A DNA stretch of 64,000 nt. It comes from Mayamaea pseudoterrestris. Lineage: Eukaryota. Positions within the stretch are counted from its first letter, which is position 1, and each line of letters begins with the position of its first letter. Of this stretch, positions 22,170 through 34,266 are shown one piece after another. The notes beneath the pieces are model-generated. The model searched no databases. It saw nothing but the letters and a program-made list of their open reading frames with translations, and was not told where the DNA came from. Location of the stretch: assembly GCA_027923505.1 (NCBI GenBank), contig BROI01000001.1, positions 496,001 through 560,000 on the forward strand, in the 5' to 3' direction. Both the position numbers and the translations under genes were made by a program.

Positions 22170-25100
22170 TTAATCAAATATATTGGCCGGCGAATCGTCT
22201 CGTTGCAGCGGGCTACGACGCTCCTCGATGATTGCCTTGGCCCGAGCAATGCATCGTTGCGCGAAGAAGAGAACATCCTGGTCTTGGTCGCCATTGCGCT
22301 CCGCATCCATTTGTTGCACCAACACTTCGGATATAAACGTCAAGTCATCATCCTCAAAGACTCGCAACACATTCTCCAACACGCGTCCAACGTTTAAGCG
22401 AACATTGGCAATATGGTCACCCGTCAATGACATGGCGATGCCGGCCAACTCTCGCAGCGGCGAGTCAGCCATGCGCTCCGAGTCCTCTCCCTTCCATCGG
22501 GCTGGAAAAGCACCATTCAATAGCATGACTTCAATCATTTTCAAACAAAGCAACCGCTGCTTGGATTGCGTGTGAACGGCGCAATTGCGAATTGTTGGAA
22601 CAACAATGGATGTAAACCATTCAGCGCTGGCATCCTCGCCGTGACTGCCCAAGCTACTTCCACCCATGCACAAGCATTCTGCAGCAGTGTTGCGAACCGC
22701 GTCAACTTGGTCGCACATGAGGCGAACGCAAAGCTTGGAAATTTCGGTACGAGTCTCGAGCTTTTGCGTACATCCAAGTAACGCTGGCACAATCTCCACG
22801 GCACTTTGTCGAACGCGCCATTGTCGGCTGTCGGCTAGTTCAGTCAAAGTCGGCAGCAAACGAAGGACTTGCTTCTCAGACAGTACTGGGCTAAAGACGG
22901 GCTTGTTGTCACTTTGATGAGACTGGAACGACGACAATGAAATGTCATCGTCGACGGATGCGACTGACATGTTGCGGCGGTGATGCTGCGTCTGCACCGA
23001 GTTTCTTGTTGCATTGGTAACGGCGCGCAAAGCAGCACTCGTCACTTCTGGATCCTTGTCATTAAGTAAAGTCTGAACAAGGGGAATCAATCGATCGTCA
23101 ACATGTCTCTTGTACTTTTTAGGAGGCTCTTCGGCACCAGTCACCACGACGCGCTCAGAAATGGGTCCATTTTCGGTAGCAAGATTATCTACCCTGGCTT
23201 GAATTGATACGAGCAACGTCAATAGTTCTCCTGCAGCTGCAGCGAGGGCAACGCGCACGGATGCGCTGCTATCCTTTTGTAGCTTGATAGATGCAGGGAT
23301 AAGTGCTTCCAAAACACTCATCTCGCTGCTAGCCACTTCGCCTGGATGAACCGACAGCATGACGATCTCGGCCAGTCGTGGTACGCATGATACTGCCTCG
23401 CATCGAACTCTGTCATCAGAGTCAGACAAGAGAGCCAAAAGCACATCGATAATGACACTTGACCAATGGTCGCCCAAAGCATCACAAAGGCGGTCGCACT
23501 GCGCTGCCACAGCTATTCGCACGGATGGAGATCTGTCTTCGGCTAATCTAGTCGCCACAGGAAGCAATTTGCACTGCAACAGGTAAACATCAGCAAATAT
23601 CGGATCCTCGCGGTTCGGTAGGCGACGTAGAAATCTACTCCCTTGACTGGCGTCACCAAGGAAAGCATTTGGAAGGTGTTCCGCCAAATGCCAAGTCAAG
23701 GTCATGGCAGCGGACCGTAACTGAGGTTCTGGGTCGGTCATGGCTCTTTCACACATGAGAACTAACCATGGAACAGCCCTTCTATCAAAAACCAGCTCAG
23801 CAATCTCATGCAACACAGTAGCTGTTGACTTGCGGACAATAACTTCAACGTCATGGAGCGCTCTTGTGATGACTCCTCTGAGTTGGAGCTGATGCGGAAA
23901 GTCTAAATGCCCCCATAGCACAGGGCCAAGGGAACAAGCTGTTATTCGAGCGCTTGTGCTGCGACTGGCTGCAAGTCTGTGGACGACGGACAAGAATCGA
24001 TTCCCGGCATGAAGTCTGTGCAGATCCGCAGTGGTAAATGTAGCCCGTGGTCCAAATCGCTGCTTCAGTTCATTCACCGTCTCTGGATCTAGTTCTCTCT
24101 TATATTGCCCACTGACGACTTCGCAGCAAGAGCTTCGCATGATGGGACAGTTTAAAACGATAACTTTCAATAAGCTGCCGGCACTTCCAAGATCATTTAT
24201 CATGCCTGCCTTTGCTGCACTTCCTCCAGCAATGGCTGTCGCGGACTCTTCTTCGGCCAGCTCCATATCGGTATCGATGTCTAGAATGTCACATAACAAT
24301 GATATAATCTCGCCTCGCAGCAACGCCGCAGGCGGTGACGAAGGGTCGGCAAGAAACGTTCGCGTTCGTTGCAGTACATCACCAATTTGCATCAATGGTT
24401 TGTCAAGCGGGTTGCTATTGCTTTTGGATGTTGCGCGATTGATTGCAGGTGGCGGAGGCGGACCTTTGTGCCCTCGCCGTCGTACTGTGCCTCCACCAGC
24501 CTCCAAACTATGTTGCAGGAAACCAGCCGCTCGTGACTTTTGCGGGCTGCTTGTGTTTGGATCCAGTCGCTTTTTCGTGAAGTCTAACAGAACTTTTGAG
24601 ACACTATTCGCTGCGTCTATATAATCCTTTGCTGTTCGACTAAATTGACTGTGTTGTCGCCTGGGCGATGCAGGTGGCGATGGGATCGTGTCCTCGATTG
24701 GCGCTGTTGTGTAAGTCTCCTCATCCAAGTCTATTAGCGAGCGGAGACGCGCTGCTTCCTTTTCCAACCCAATCACAAACAAAGTCAGAATCCAAACAAG
24801 CTTTTCTCCTGCGCGTGCAATCGCCTCATCCTTCTTGCTATTCATGTTAACGCGTGACTCTTGAAAACGCCGTCGGAGCAAATTGGTATATGCATCAATT
24901 CTTAAATCTGCCCCAATGAGCTGACGACCATCGGTGCCATGCGGCGTTGTCTCACCATGGTTTTCGCCATGCTGTGTTCCTCCCATGCCGGAATTTCCGC
25001 TGCTTGCACCGCCAGACCCGTGCTGCTGTACCGAGTTTTGCGCATCTATTATAGCCCCAAATCCGCTGCCTTTTATTAAACGCCCCATCTCTTCTCTTGC

Positions 25101-26767
25101 TCGGCGCAATGAATCATCACTTAAGTGTCTCAGTACTAAATTCAGCGGGCGTTGGGATTGCCGCAATTCGTCAATCGTTTCGAAATGCGTCAAGTGAGCC
25201 GTCGAAACAGTTCCCACTTGCAAAATTAGAGAGCCCACCTTGGCGCCAGCTTGCTTTGCCGGTCCTCCAGCCAAGACTGTCCGCACAACTGTCCTCTCCA
25301 ACACATTTTCGACCGTCAAGCCTAACATTTCTCGATCGATTCGCACCAGATACGAGTCATCGGGCAGCGAGTTTAAAGTGTTTGCTCCTACGGATTGTCG
25401 ACGAGAGCGATGACTGTTACCTTCCATTTCAGACTGAGAATAGTTGTCTTCGTCCAAATTACCTCCAAAGCCCATGGATTTGGCACGGTTACCGCGCTTT
25501 AACAGTAGATTGGTGAATGAAGAAGCATTCGTAGTCTTGTTTGCATTGGCCGCGGCGTTCACAGTCGCCGGCACTGAAGCCGTTGTTCGCTTCAATAAAT
25601 TACCCAGAAACGACGAGGCTGCTTGATTGTGATTACTACTCGTGTTACTGCTGCTCCCAGCCGTATCACTGTTGCTCTCAACAACTGGCAATACATCGTC
25701 CACCTTCTGGTCCACTGGTGAATTGCTCGCGTCCGTAACTTTGGGACTTCCATGCTTACTCTCCGTCGCATCAGGCATATCCGCCGAGTAAGATTGCAGC
25801 TGTCCGGCTCCGGCGCAAGCTTTGAAAAAGGCCAGCGTCGCGTCGCCATTCTTTGAGGTACATGGTGGCAACAAGTCGGGGACGACAATCGGAGTTTCAA
25901 AATCTTCAGTATCGGAATCAATATCATCGTCACCATTTTGGTCAGTGGCAAATAATTCCAACTTTTCAGTGTCATCGGCTTTCCTTGCCGCCACGGAAAC
26001 CCCACGCATTGCCTGTTCGCGCAAGCACTCATGTGCTGTTTCAAGCTTTTTCAGCAGCAACACAAGCTTGTCATGGGCCTGCTTTGCCATTTCTTGGTCT
26101 CGAACTGTTGCAGCCTTGGAGACAAAGCCATCATCGTCATCCTCGTCGGTGTCTTCCGCATTTTCCGATCGAGTGCAACTACCTGGCGGCGAAAGGTGGC
26201 TGCGTGCCGTAGCGTCCGACAGGGATGCCGACGACGATGATATGCTTCCGTTATCCATGCAACGAAAATGCTCAAGCAAGAGTAAATGCTGCAGCAAGGA
26301 TGGATTATGATGATGATTGTGCTCATGTACATTGTCGACATGTTTTTTCCTTTTCATCATGGCCTGGTAAATGGTTGAATTGGGCAGTGCATTTCGCTCG
26401 TCCAAGACTGCTTGTACGGCAGCAAGCCTTACACTCACAACGGGTACGGCGGCTGTAATGGCAGTTTCTGCATTACTATTATGATGCTGGTCCGTTGCTA
26501 TAAATGACTGGGCTGCTAGTCGGGCTTCGCGAGCCGCTTCAGCTGGTGACGTATGGTTTGCAGTGGCTGCAGCGGCAACGGCTGGAACATAATGATGGCG
26601 ATTGACTTAGTGAGCATCAATGAGCTCAAGAAGACATTCATCTCAAAGCAGTTTTATTCAATCTACTGCTTGCATCTACAATCGTTTCTTACTCACCTGC
26701 TAGCGTCACGGCAGCCTTGGCGGAAACATCATCGTCATCATCCACTTGATCATTCACGTGCATGGTC

Positions 26768-26799
<32 letters not shown>

Positions 26800-27129
26800 G
26801 ACTGCCGTCTTTTCCGGAATTTTAGGAGCCTCAGTTTGTAGTTGCACTTCAATGGCTTCGTCGACGGCCTGTTCATCCTTTTCAAATGTATTAGAATCAT
26901 CCTTGTTGATTGTTTTAGTCGCTTCCTCCGTGCTTGTTAATTGTGTTTCCGTTGCAATCTCGTCTGCAAGACTATAAGTCTCTTCTGCATTAACACCTTC
27001 AACTTGTAAAACCTCCGTCACTGTATCTTTATCTTCCACAGCCGTCGTTTCCGCTACATCAGCTTCTTCCAAGCTAGTTTCGTTGATGGCTTTCGAAGCC
27101 AACTCCTCCGCTTCGACCTCGTCCGACAT
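22170..27129 (-). CDS. PDZ-domain plus PP2A scaffold A-like HEAT-repeat protein (2 exons)
   Basis: Exon 1 27129-26697, intron 26582-26696 (GTGAGT...TTCCAG), exon 2 in frame to 22170. PDZ: LGLTVE...VLAGGPAKQAGAKVGSLILQV...LTHFETIDELRQSQRPLNLVL. PP2A-A-like HEATs: SARITACSL, QWRVRQSAVE, DQVDAVRNTAA, DHIANVRLNVGRVL, DQDQDVLFFAQ. Confidence 0.8.
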
Positions 27130-27482
27130 GACCAAAGTCGTTGCTCTACAAGTAACAGTTGGTTCAGCACTCAATGTCTCACCAAAGCCACCTATTTTCA
27201 ACTAGCCAGTCAATCTAGATCCCGGCGCTACTAAGGTGAAGTCAATATGAACAATAGATCAAACAAGGAAGCTCAAGAGATTCACGCGCGTCATGGCGAG
27301 CGGCGACCCTCGCTGTACGGGTAGAATCGTCGCATCGTTACTCAAGAGTCGGCGGCTGAGCTACCACCTACCAACCGTTGGCGGCCAGACGCGTTGCCGC
27401 CACTCGATCATCGCTCTCCACACTTTCACGCGCACAGAGCCAAAGCTGCTCGTTCCCTATTTTAATTGCTTTGATTGATACC

Positions 27483-28539
27483 ATGGTAAGAATGATGCAT
27501 GCTTCAATAGTGAAAGAGAGAAAATTATCTGAGCGGCGTTATTCTTTTGCGCCGAGCCGAGAGAGTGCATGGGTTTGACATTATTTATGCGAGCGGCCGT
27601 TAATGCTCCGCTCGCTAATTTGCTCGCTCCTGCAGCGACAACTTGATTCACTCCTCGCTCTCTTGCACTATAAATCTCAATATTCTAATTTCATTAATTA
27701 TATAGGAGCAAGTTCCCGAGTTCAAGTTGATTCTCGTCGGAGATGGAGGCGTCGGTGAGTCATTTTTTGCATTGCAATTTACACTCGTGATTGGGCGCGT
27801 GGTTGCTGGCTGCTGCTTGGAAGAGGTTTTCGCGTAATGTAATGAATATCTCGTTCGATTAGAATTGATTGCGTTCCTTTTGACCCTCAATTTTTCATTG
27901 GACTCCATTCTAACATCTTGTTATGATTTTCCACCCATTTCTACAGGCAAGACGACCTTTGTCAAGCGCCATTTGACTGGAGAATTCGAAAAGAAGTATG
28001 TCGCGACGCTTGGAGTCGAAGTCCATCCCCTCCTCTTTCACACGAACCGCGGTCCCATTCGCTTCAACTGCTGGGACACTGCCGGCCAGGAAAAGTTTGG
28101 AGGATTGCGCGACGGATATTACATTCAGGGCCAGTGCGCTATCATTATGTTTGATGTCACGAGCCGCATCACCTACAAGTCGGTTCCCAACTGGCATCGC
28201 GACTTGACGCGTGTTTGCGAAAACATTCCCATTTGCTTGGTCGGAAACAAGGTTGAGATCAAGGATCGCAAGGTCAAGGCCAAGCAGATTACCTTTCACC
28301 GCAAGAAGAATCTTCAGTACTATGACATTTCCGCCAAGTCCAACTACAACTTTGAGAAACCATTCTTGTGGTTGGCCCGCAAGCTTGCTGGGGACAATTC
28401 CTTGCAGTTTGTCGAGGCGCCGGCGCTCCAGCCGCCCGAGGCGGTGATTGACGAAGCGACCCAGCGTCAATACGAGCAGGAGATTGCCACCGCTGCGGCG
28501 CAGCCCTTGCCGGATGACGACGATGATGACGAGCTCTAG
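27483..28539 (+). CDS. RAN: GTP-binding nuclear protein Ran (3 exons)
   Basis: Coding exons 27483-27485 (ATG only), 27706-27754 and 27947-28539 give [35 protein letters not shown]...[16 protein letters not shown]...NKVE...SAKSNYN, with acidic tail DDDDDEL. Confidence 0.97.
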
Positions 28540-29118
28540 AGAGATTGGTTCGATGGCGCGTGGCAGATTGGAGAGTGTTTGTGCGGAGTTGATCTGAAGT
28601 AAGGATTTGGGAGACTGATGTTTTGGCCACGACGGAAAGTATGATACGTAACAAGACGAATGGCTTGAAAGATAGATAGTTTAACACCATGGCGGTATAC
28701 TTAGTATGAACGATATACACCAAGTTTAAAGTGTATCTTTGATGCTTGTAGTCGGCACGAGATTTATTGTTGTGATGATCCTGGCGACACGTGTAATCAG
28801 GCATGTAGCAGCTAGCTGGAACGTCAACGCTAACTATTTATCAGTTGTGGTGCGACACCATTCGCGATCTTGCTTCACGACGATGACCGCGATGACCGAT
28901 TGATGTTCTTTGGCATTTGACTTTCGTTCATCGAGCGCCAATTGCTGATACGCATCTAATCCCACAGCACTGCCATTGCGCACAAGAGTAGCGATTAGGT
29001 GGAATCGAGTCGTTGGCGGTCGAGCGACAGTGTCGTGCTGAAGGAGCGACTTCGAAAAGCGTCAAGCAGAACAGACGAGCAATCCGAATACATTGAATGA
29101 CAGTGGTTTAGTTTTACC

Positions 29119-30950
29119 ATGAGACAGACTCTCATTCCTTTGCCATGGTTGGCAATACTTTCAGCAACTCTAGCTCTTGTGCAAGGTAGGAGGATTTGAT
29201 TTGCGAAGAAAACTTCTTGTGTAAAAGAACGACGGAACTTTGCAGCACTCGAAATGGCGTGCTCACAAATCGTTCATTCTATCACTAATTATCGTTAGCC
29301 GCCGACCATACTGTTGTTTTGAATCGATCATTTAAACCCCCCATTGAGATTGACCCAGAGCCGCTGGTACGAACAATCTTGACATTAACCAAGACGCGTC
29401 AAAAGGTTGACCCAACTGCCATTCATGGAAAGCAGCACGTCGAAACAAGTAGCGACAAGATTGCAGATGCAATGAAACCTGAAAAAGATATTGATGCAAG
29501 CATTAAAGTTGTCGATGCTTTGGATGCTGCCCTGATGACCAAAGACGCTTCTGCTACCGAGTATGCAAGAGGTCCAGCCGCGAATAACCAGCCGGAGCGG
29601 AATGTGCTACAGCTATCGACTGAGCCGCAAGAAGGCGATCGCCATGTACATTATGGCAAGCAAGAAACTACAGCAAGTATTGTTAATGCTGCTGCGAGTT
29701 CTCATGGCAGAGAAAGTGGTGAAGCGCTGGCTGCAATTCCGACTGACGACGATAAACAAACGGACATGCCACAATATGCCACCACGTCTAACCAAGCAGC
29801 ACCGCAGAACACTCGCTTGGTTCTTACTTTATCGCCTACGCCTCAAAAGATAGAACTTATTCAGGCGCTCCACGAGCAAGCAATCGACATTGACGGCAGC
29901 GTGAACAGTGCATCGCCAAATGCCTCGTCGAAAACGTTGCAGGCAGCTTCGCAACGACAAACTCGTCAATCACCAAGTTTAAACACCATATCGTTAACAG
30001 CGGAACCAAAACTGGTGGTGAACTCCAATTATGTGCTCCGTCTCTCCAGGCATCCCCAAAACATTCAGATGGCTGCAGCGGATATTGCAAATGAAGCTAC
30101 AACGGCCACAACCAGAAGCATTCTTCGCTTCGCCACGTATGTGACTGCCACTCCTACGCAGGCAGCCAAGGCGCGCGAGTCACCTGTAGTACTTGACAAT
30201 GCGAATGTCACAAACGCTACATTCTCTGAAGTTCCTCGCCCTCTAGTTAATGCCCAAGAGTTCTCCAGCCGCGTTCTTGGTTTCTCTGATGATGAATCAC
30301 CGCGAAACGTCGACCAACCAGTCATTGTGGGCGCCGCGCTTGGGTCTACTGCGAGAAGTGATCGCATCGTTCTGAAACGGTCCGACCCAGAGCCAGGAGA
30401 TGAGCGCGCAGAAAATTTTCGGTTACTGATTCGACGGGCCGACGCTCAGCGCGCCATGTTGTTTCGCACGGCACCGTCAGACAGTGCTCCTTCGGAAACA
30501 CCAGTGACAAACCAGTCGACATTTTCGCCAGTCGAGTTGATGGATTCTCGGCCAGGGTCTGCTTCACTGCAAGTCGCTTCGAGTTCGCCACAGGTTGTTG
30601 TGACGGAAAAGATTGGCGACCAAGACTTTATCAGCATGCCAATATCGATTCTCGACCAGAGGGCCGGATACGTCACGTTCGAGTTGAAACAACAGTGGAC
30701 GGACGCCTTGAACTGGATGGCCATTGAGTATTTGACCGACTTTGGCTGGACTTGTCCAACCTTTCAACAGGTCCCTTTCGACAAGTCTCAAATATTCACA
30801 GCCAAGTGCTCGCCCGACGGAATCGCCGAGATTGGAGTTTTCTGTCGGCACTTTACCTATGAAAGCAGTGCTCGTGTACCTGGCTATTGTCACGCGCCAA
30901 AGGGAAACATGATTGCAACCTACTTTTCGTTGCCTTGCAGCAGTGCATAA
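29119..30950 (+). CDS. secreted S/T/A-rich protein with C-terminal Cys-containing diatom-type domain (2 exons)
   Basis: Signal-peptide exon 29119-29185 (MRQTLIPLPWLAILSATLALVQ), intron 29186-29298 (GTAGGA...CTAAT...TTAG), then the ORF ending PISILDQ...VTFELKQQW...C...FTAKC...VPGYC...FSLPC. Confidence 0.65.
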
Positions 30951-31001
30951 ACTGCGTCCGCGCAATGACGCATCCGCCGCAAAAGGTGTAACAGACGACG
31001 A

Positions 31002-31023
31002 TAATGCCTACCGGTAGGCATTA
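31002..31023. repeat. 22-bp perfect palindrome TAATGCCTACCGGTAGGCATTA
   Basis: Reads identically on both strands, lies between two convergent 3' ends, and overlaps a TACATGTA site at 31022-31029. Confidence 0.9.
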
Positions 31024-31160
31024 CATGTAGTAACTTTATGATACGTATATGCTCATTTATATCGAAAACATAGAAAGTGTAGCTACTTGGCGGAATCTAT
31101 ACTGCCACCAAAAGCTCCATATGCTATCGCTGTCTTTCTCCCGCACTTGCACCTATTGTT

Positions 31161-31730
31161 TTAGTATTTTGGAGGATACAATCGGTCCACCACTGGCTTG
31201 ACTGTCAATATTACAATCGGCAGGCGAATAGGATCGATTAGCTCGTTTAGTACCACCACCATTCCAATTTTTCCAAACTGGGGATCCACTCTCGACGCCA
31301 AATTCCAATTCATATAAGAATCAATCGTTTCAAGCCACTGCGTTGTATCAACTGCACCGAATTCAATCAAGCCAAACAAAGTCAACCCTGTCGCTGCCCA
31401 ACAGCAGGCATAGTAAACCATAAATGGCATTCCATACTCGCGGTACAATTGCTTGTAGCGACCCCTCCAGGTATAAAGTTCACCTGTATTAATGCCTCGC
31501 ATCATGTCAAGCGTTGCAATCTTGCGATTCAGTTTGCGGAGCTCCTGATCCTTTTGAAAGGGAGTGAGTGAGGCGACGCGATGCTTCTCGGCCTCTTCCT
31601 CCTCCTTGGTCATGGGAGTAAAGTGACGAATGGCATTATTACCAATATCTATGCTTCCATACTTGTAGTGACGTAACAGACGCGACGGTGGTGAAAGACA
31701 GGAGCGAGAGATGCTGCGAAAGGCGGCCAT
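31161..31730 (-). CDS. FAM210/DUF1279 family mitochondrial protein
   Basis: R/S-rich presequence, then YKQLYREYGMPFMVYY...VVVLNELIDPIRLPIVILTVKPV, typical of DUF1279. Confidence 0.8.
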   Translation of the reverse strand: MAAFRSISRSCLSPPSRLLRHYKYGSIDIGNNAIRHFTPMTKEEEEAEKHRVASLTPFQKDQELRKLNRKIATLDMMRGINTGELYTWRGRYKQLYREYGMPFMVYYACCWAATGLTLFGLIEFGAVDTTQWLETIDSYMNWNLASRVDPQFGKIGMVVVLNELIDPIRLPIVILTVKPVVDRLYPPKY

Positions 31731-32365
31731 GGTGAAACCGTATGGAGGGAGATGTGAGACCGGCGTGGAACTGGCGCGGCGGAAGTTTGTGTCGCAACGT
31801 AAACCGACGACGTCATCGGTTTAGCTACCGGTAGGTACCCACGTGTACTATTCGCTCACTGCTTGTACAAGTACACGCGGGACGGCAGCTACTTTGTATT
31901 TGTCTACATTTGTCTACAATCAGAAGTACACAAGTGAGCGACACTACGCTTATGATGGTCGCTCATGACCATTCTGTTTTGCTAGCAGTTGGCGCATCGC
32001 CTTCTACCGCATCGTCGTCCAGCATTGAGCTCTCGACATGCGCCATGAACACTTGCGCCGTCATGTTTGGACGCTCCAACGACGCTTCAATCCCATGATA
32101 GTTCTCGTTAGTCTTGTCTATCAAACCTTGCATGCACTGATAGGCGAACAGCTTGTCGCAGTCTCCTCGCTTCACCATGTTGACCAATGACAAAACAATG
32201 TCAAACTTCAATTCATCCATGCTAGAAAGTTGCAACGGCGCTTCGACACCGTTTGGTCCATCGCCATCCTCCTTCTCCACGTCTTCACCCGCGAGAGAAG
32301 CCTTTTTCTTCCACTTCATGGTTGCAGGTTCTTCCAATGCTGTCGAATCAAGGTCAAAACTTGCC

Positions 32366-32557
32366 TGGAGGAAAGACGATTCAAAGCAATACCACCACAC
32401 TTTTTCAGCTGTTACTTAACAATTGCGCTGCTGGAAAAGGCTCACTGCAACTATCATTGGGCGCTACCTCACGAAAGTATGAGGTAATGCAGGCGTGGAC
32501 TTCAATGCCGAGGAGCGTGGAGTGCCATCGTACGTTGAGCTCAACTTGGAGGTGCTG
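32366..32557 (-). pseudogene. possible decayed hAT-type transposase fragment
   Basis: One frame reads QHLQVELNVRWHSTLLGIE...LLSNS*KSVVVLL*IVFP, resembling the hAT 'TRWNST...LS..EW..L..L..IL.PF' region, with in-frame stops at 32407 and 32383. Confidence 0.25.
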
Positions 32558-32713
32558 CTATCCCGTTTCGCATACACAGACTTTGTAAAAGAAAATGTAA
32601 TTTCATACGTAGCTGACACCGGACATGCCGAACCGGCCAACAGTAGCTAGAATGTATGCTCAAACAATTTTTGCCGCGTAAAATCAACTTCACGTTTCAT
32701 TTATATGGTGTAC

Positions 32714-33908
32714 TTAATTGGCCCACGAGGAACCGTAGATCTGCGTCTCTGTATGTCCGTGCAATTCCTTCTTAGGAGGAACCTTGCCTTCGTATTGATA
32801 CTCGCCTCCCTCGCGATCTCTGAAATTGACCGGATCTCCCTTGATATCGGAAATACCAACCATAGCCGGTCCCAAGCCAGTCGAAACTTCCATCAACACC
32901 TTTGGGTCCTTAAAGTGAGTGACTGCTTGAACAATCGCCTTGGCCCGTGCCACGGGATTCTCGCTCTTGAAAATACCCGATCCGACAAAAACACCATCCA
33001 TTCCCAGCTGCATCATCAAGGCCGCATCCGCTGGAGTAGCAACTCCACCCGCCGCAAAGTTAACAACTGGCAGTTTTCCTTCCGAATGCACCAACTTGAC
33101 CAGTTCATATGGTGCTCGTAGCTCCTTGGCTGCCACAAAAAGCTCATCCGAGCTCATGCTTTGCAATCGCTTTATTTCGTATTGCACCGTACGCGCATGA
33201 CGAACCGCCTCGACAATGTTTCCCGTTCCAGCCTCTCCCTTAGTACGCAACATGCTTGCGCCTTCCGCAATCCGACGCAATGCTTCTCCAAGGTTGCGAC
33301 ATCCGCAAACAAAGGGAACTTGGTAAACAGTCTTGTCAATGTGATGAACATCATCCGCCATGGTCAAGACTTCCGACTCATCAATGTAGTCCACCTCACA
33401 TGCCTGAAGAATCTGCGCCTCGACGAAGTGCCCAATCCGCGCCTTGGCCATGACCGGAATGGTGACGGCCGCCTTGATTTCGTGAATGAGCGAAGGGTCC
33501 GACATGCGTGCGACTCCGCCGTCCCGACGAATGTCGGCGGGAATGCGCTCCAAGGCCATGACGGCCACCGCACCAGCAGCTTCGGCAATTTTGGCTTGCT
33601 CAACGTTCATCACGTCCATCTGCAAGTAGGAAATGATTTGAAATATTATGGGTGAGTGAATCGATGTGTGAATCGATTGATAGGAAGGAGGTACGACAGA
33701 ACAATGTCGCATGACAAGGATCATATGCCTTTGCTTTAACAAGACATTCTCTTCGTATTCTCTTTCAATCTCGTCCTTTCCTCTTTTTCGTCTCGTTCGC
33801 ACTTACAATCACTCCTCCCTTGAGCATTTGCGCAAGGCCCATTTTAACTCGATCCGTTCCAACCGTGGCAGCTCCATTGCCGTTGCTTGTTCCATTGAGT
33901 CCAGTCAT
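32714..33908 (-). CDS. PDX1: pyridoxal 5'-phosphate synthase subunit PDX1 (2 exons)
   Basis: Exon 1 33908-33807 (...[11 protein letters not shown]), intron 33620-33806, exon 2 [31 protein letters not shown]...[13 protein letters not shown]...RTKGEAGTG...[13 protein letters not shown]. Confidence 0.97.
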
Positions 33909-34266
33909 GATAGTACAGCTGTTAAATTAGAGTATGCTACAAGCTTTCGTTGTGTGAATTAGTCTTCGTTTGTTAACAGTTTAATGCTTGTCAATTCCAT
34001 CAACAAGGCAATCACAAACAAGCTGTCGAATCACTTTTGCAGAAGAACGCGCTTCATCGCGACGAGACGTTTTCGATGGCTCTCGCGCCGAGTGAGTCAG
34101 ACGTGACACAACGACGGACGGACGATGTCTCATCGTGCATGCTGAGTCCCGCCAAGAACTACCTGTGCGACATTGAGCAACCTTCGCCGACGACGCATGC
34201 AAGGTTTTCGCGATCCACGTTGCAACAACAAAACTCTTGTTTATACAAGTCAAAACTCGCAGCAAG

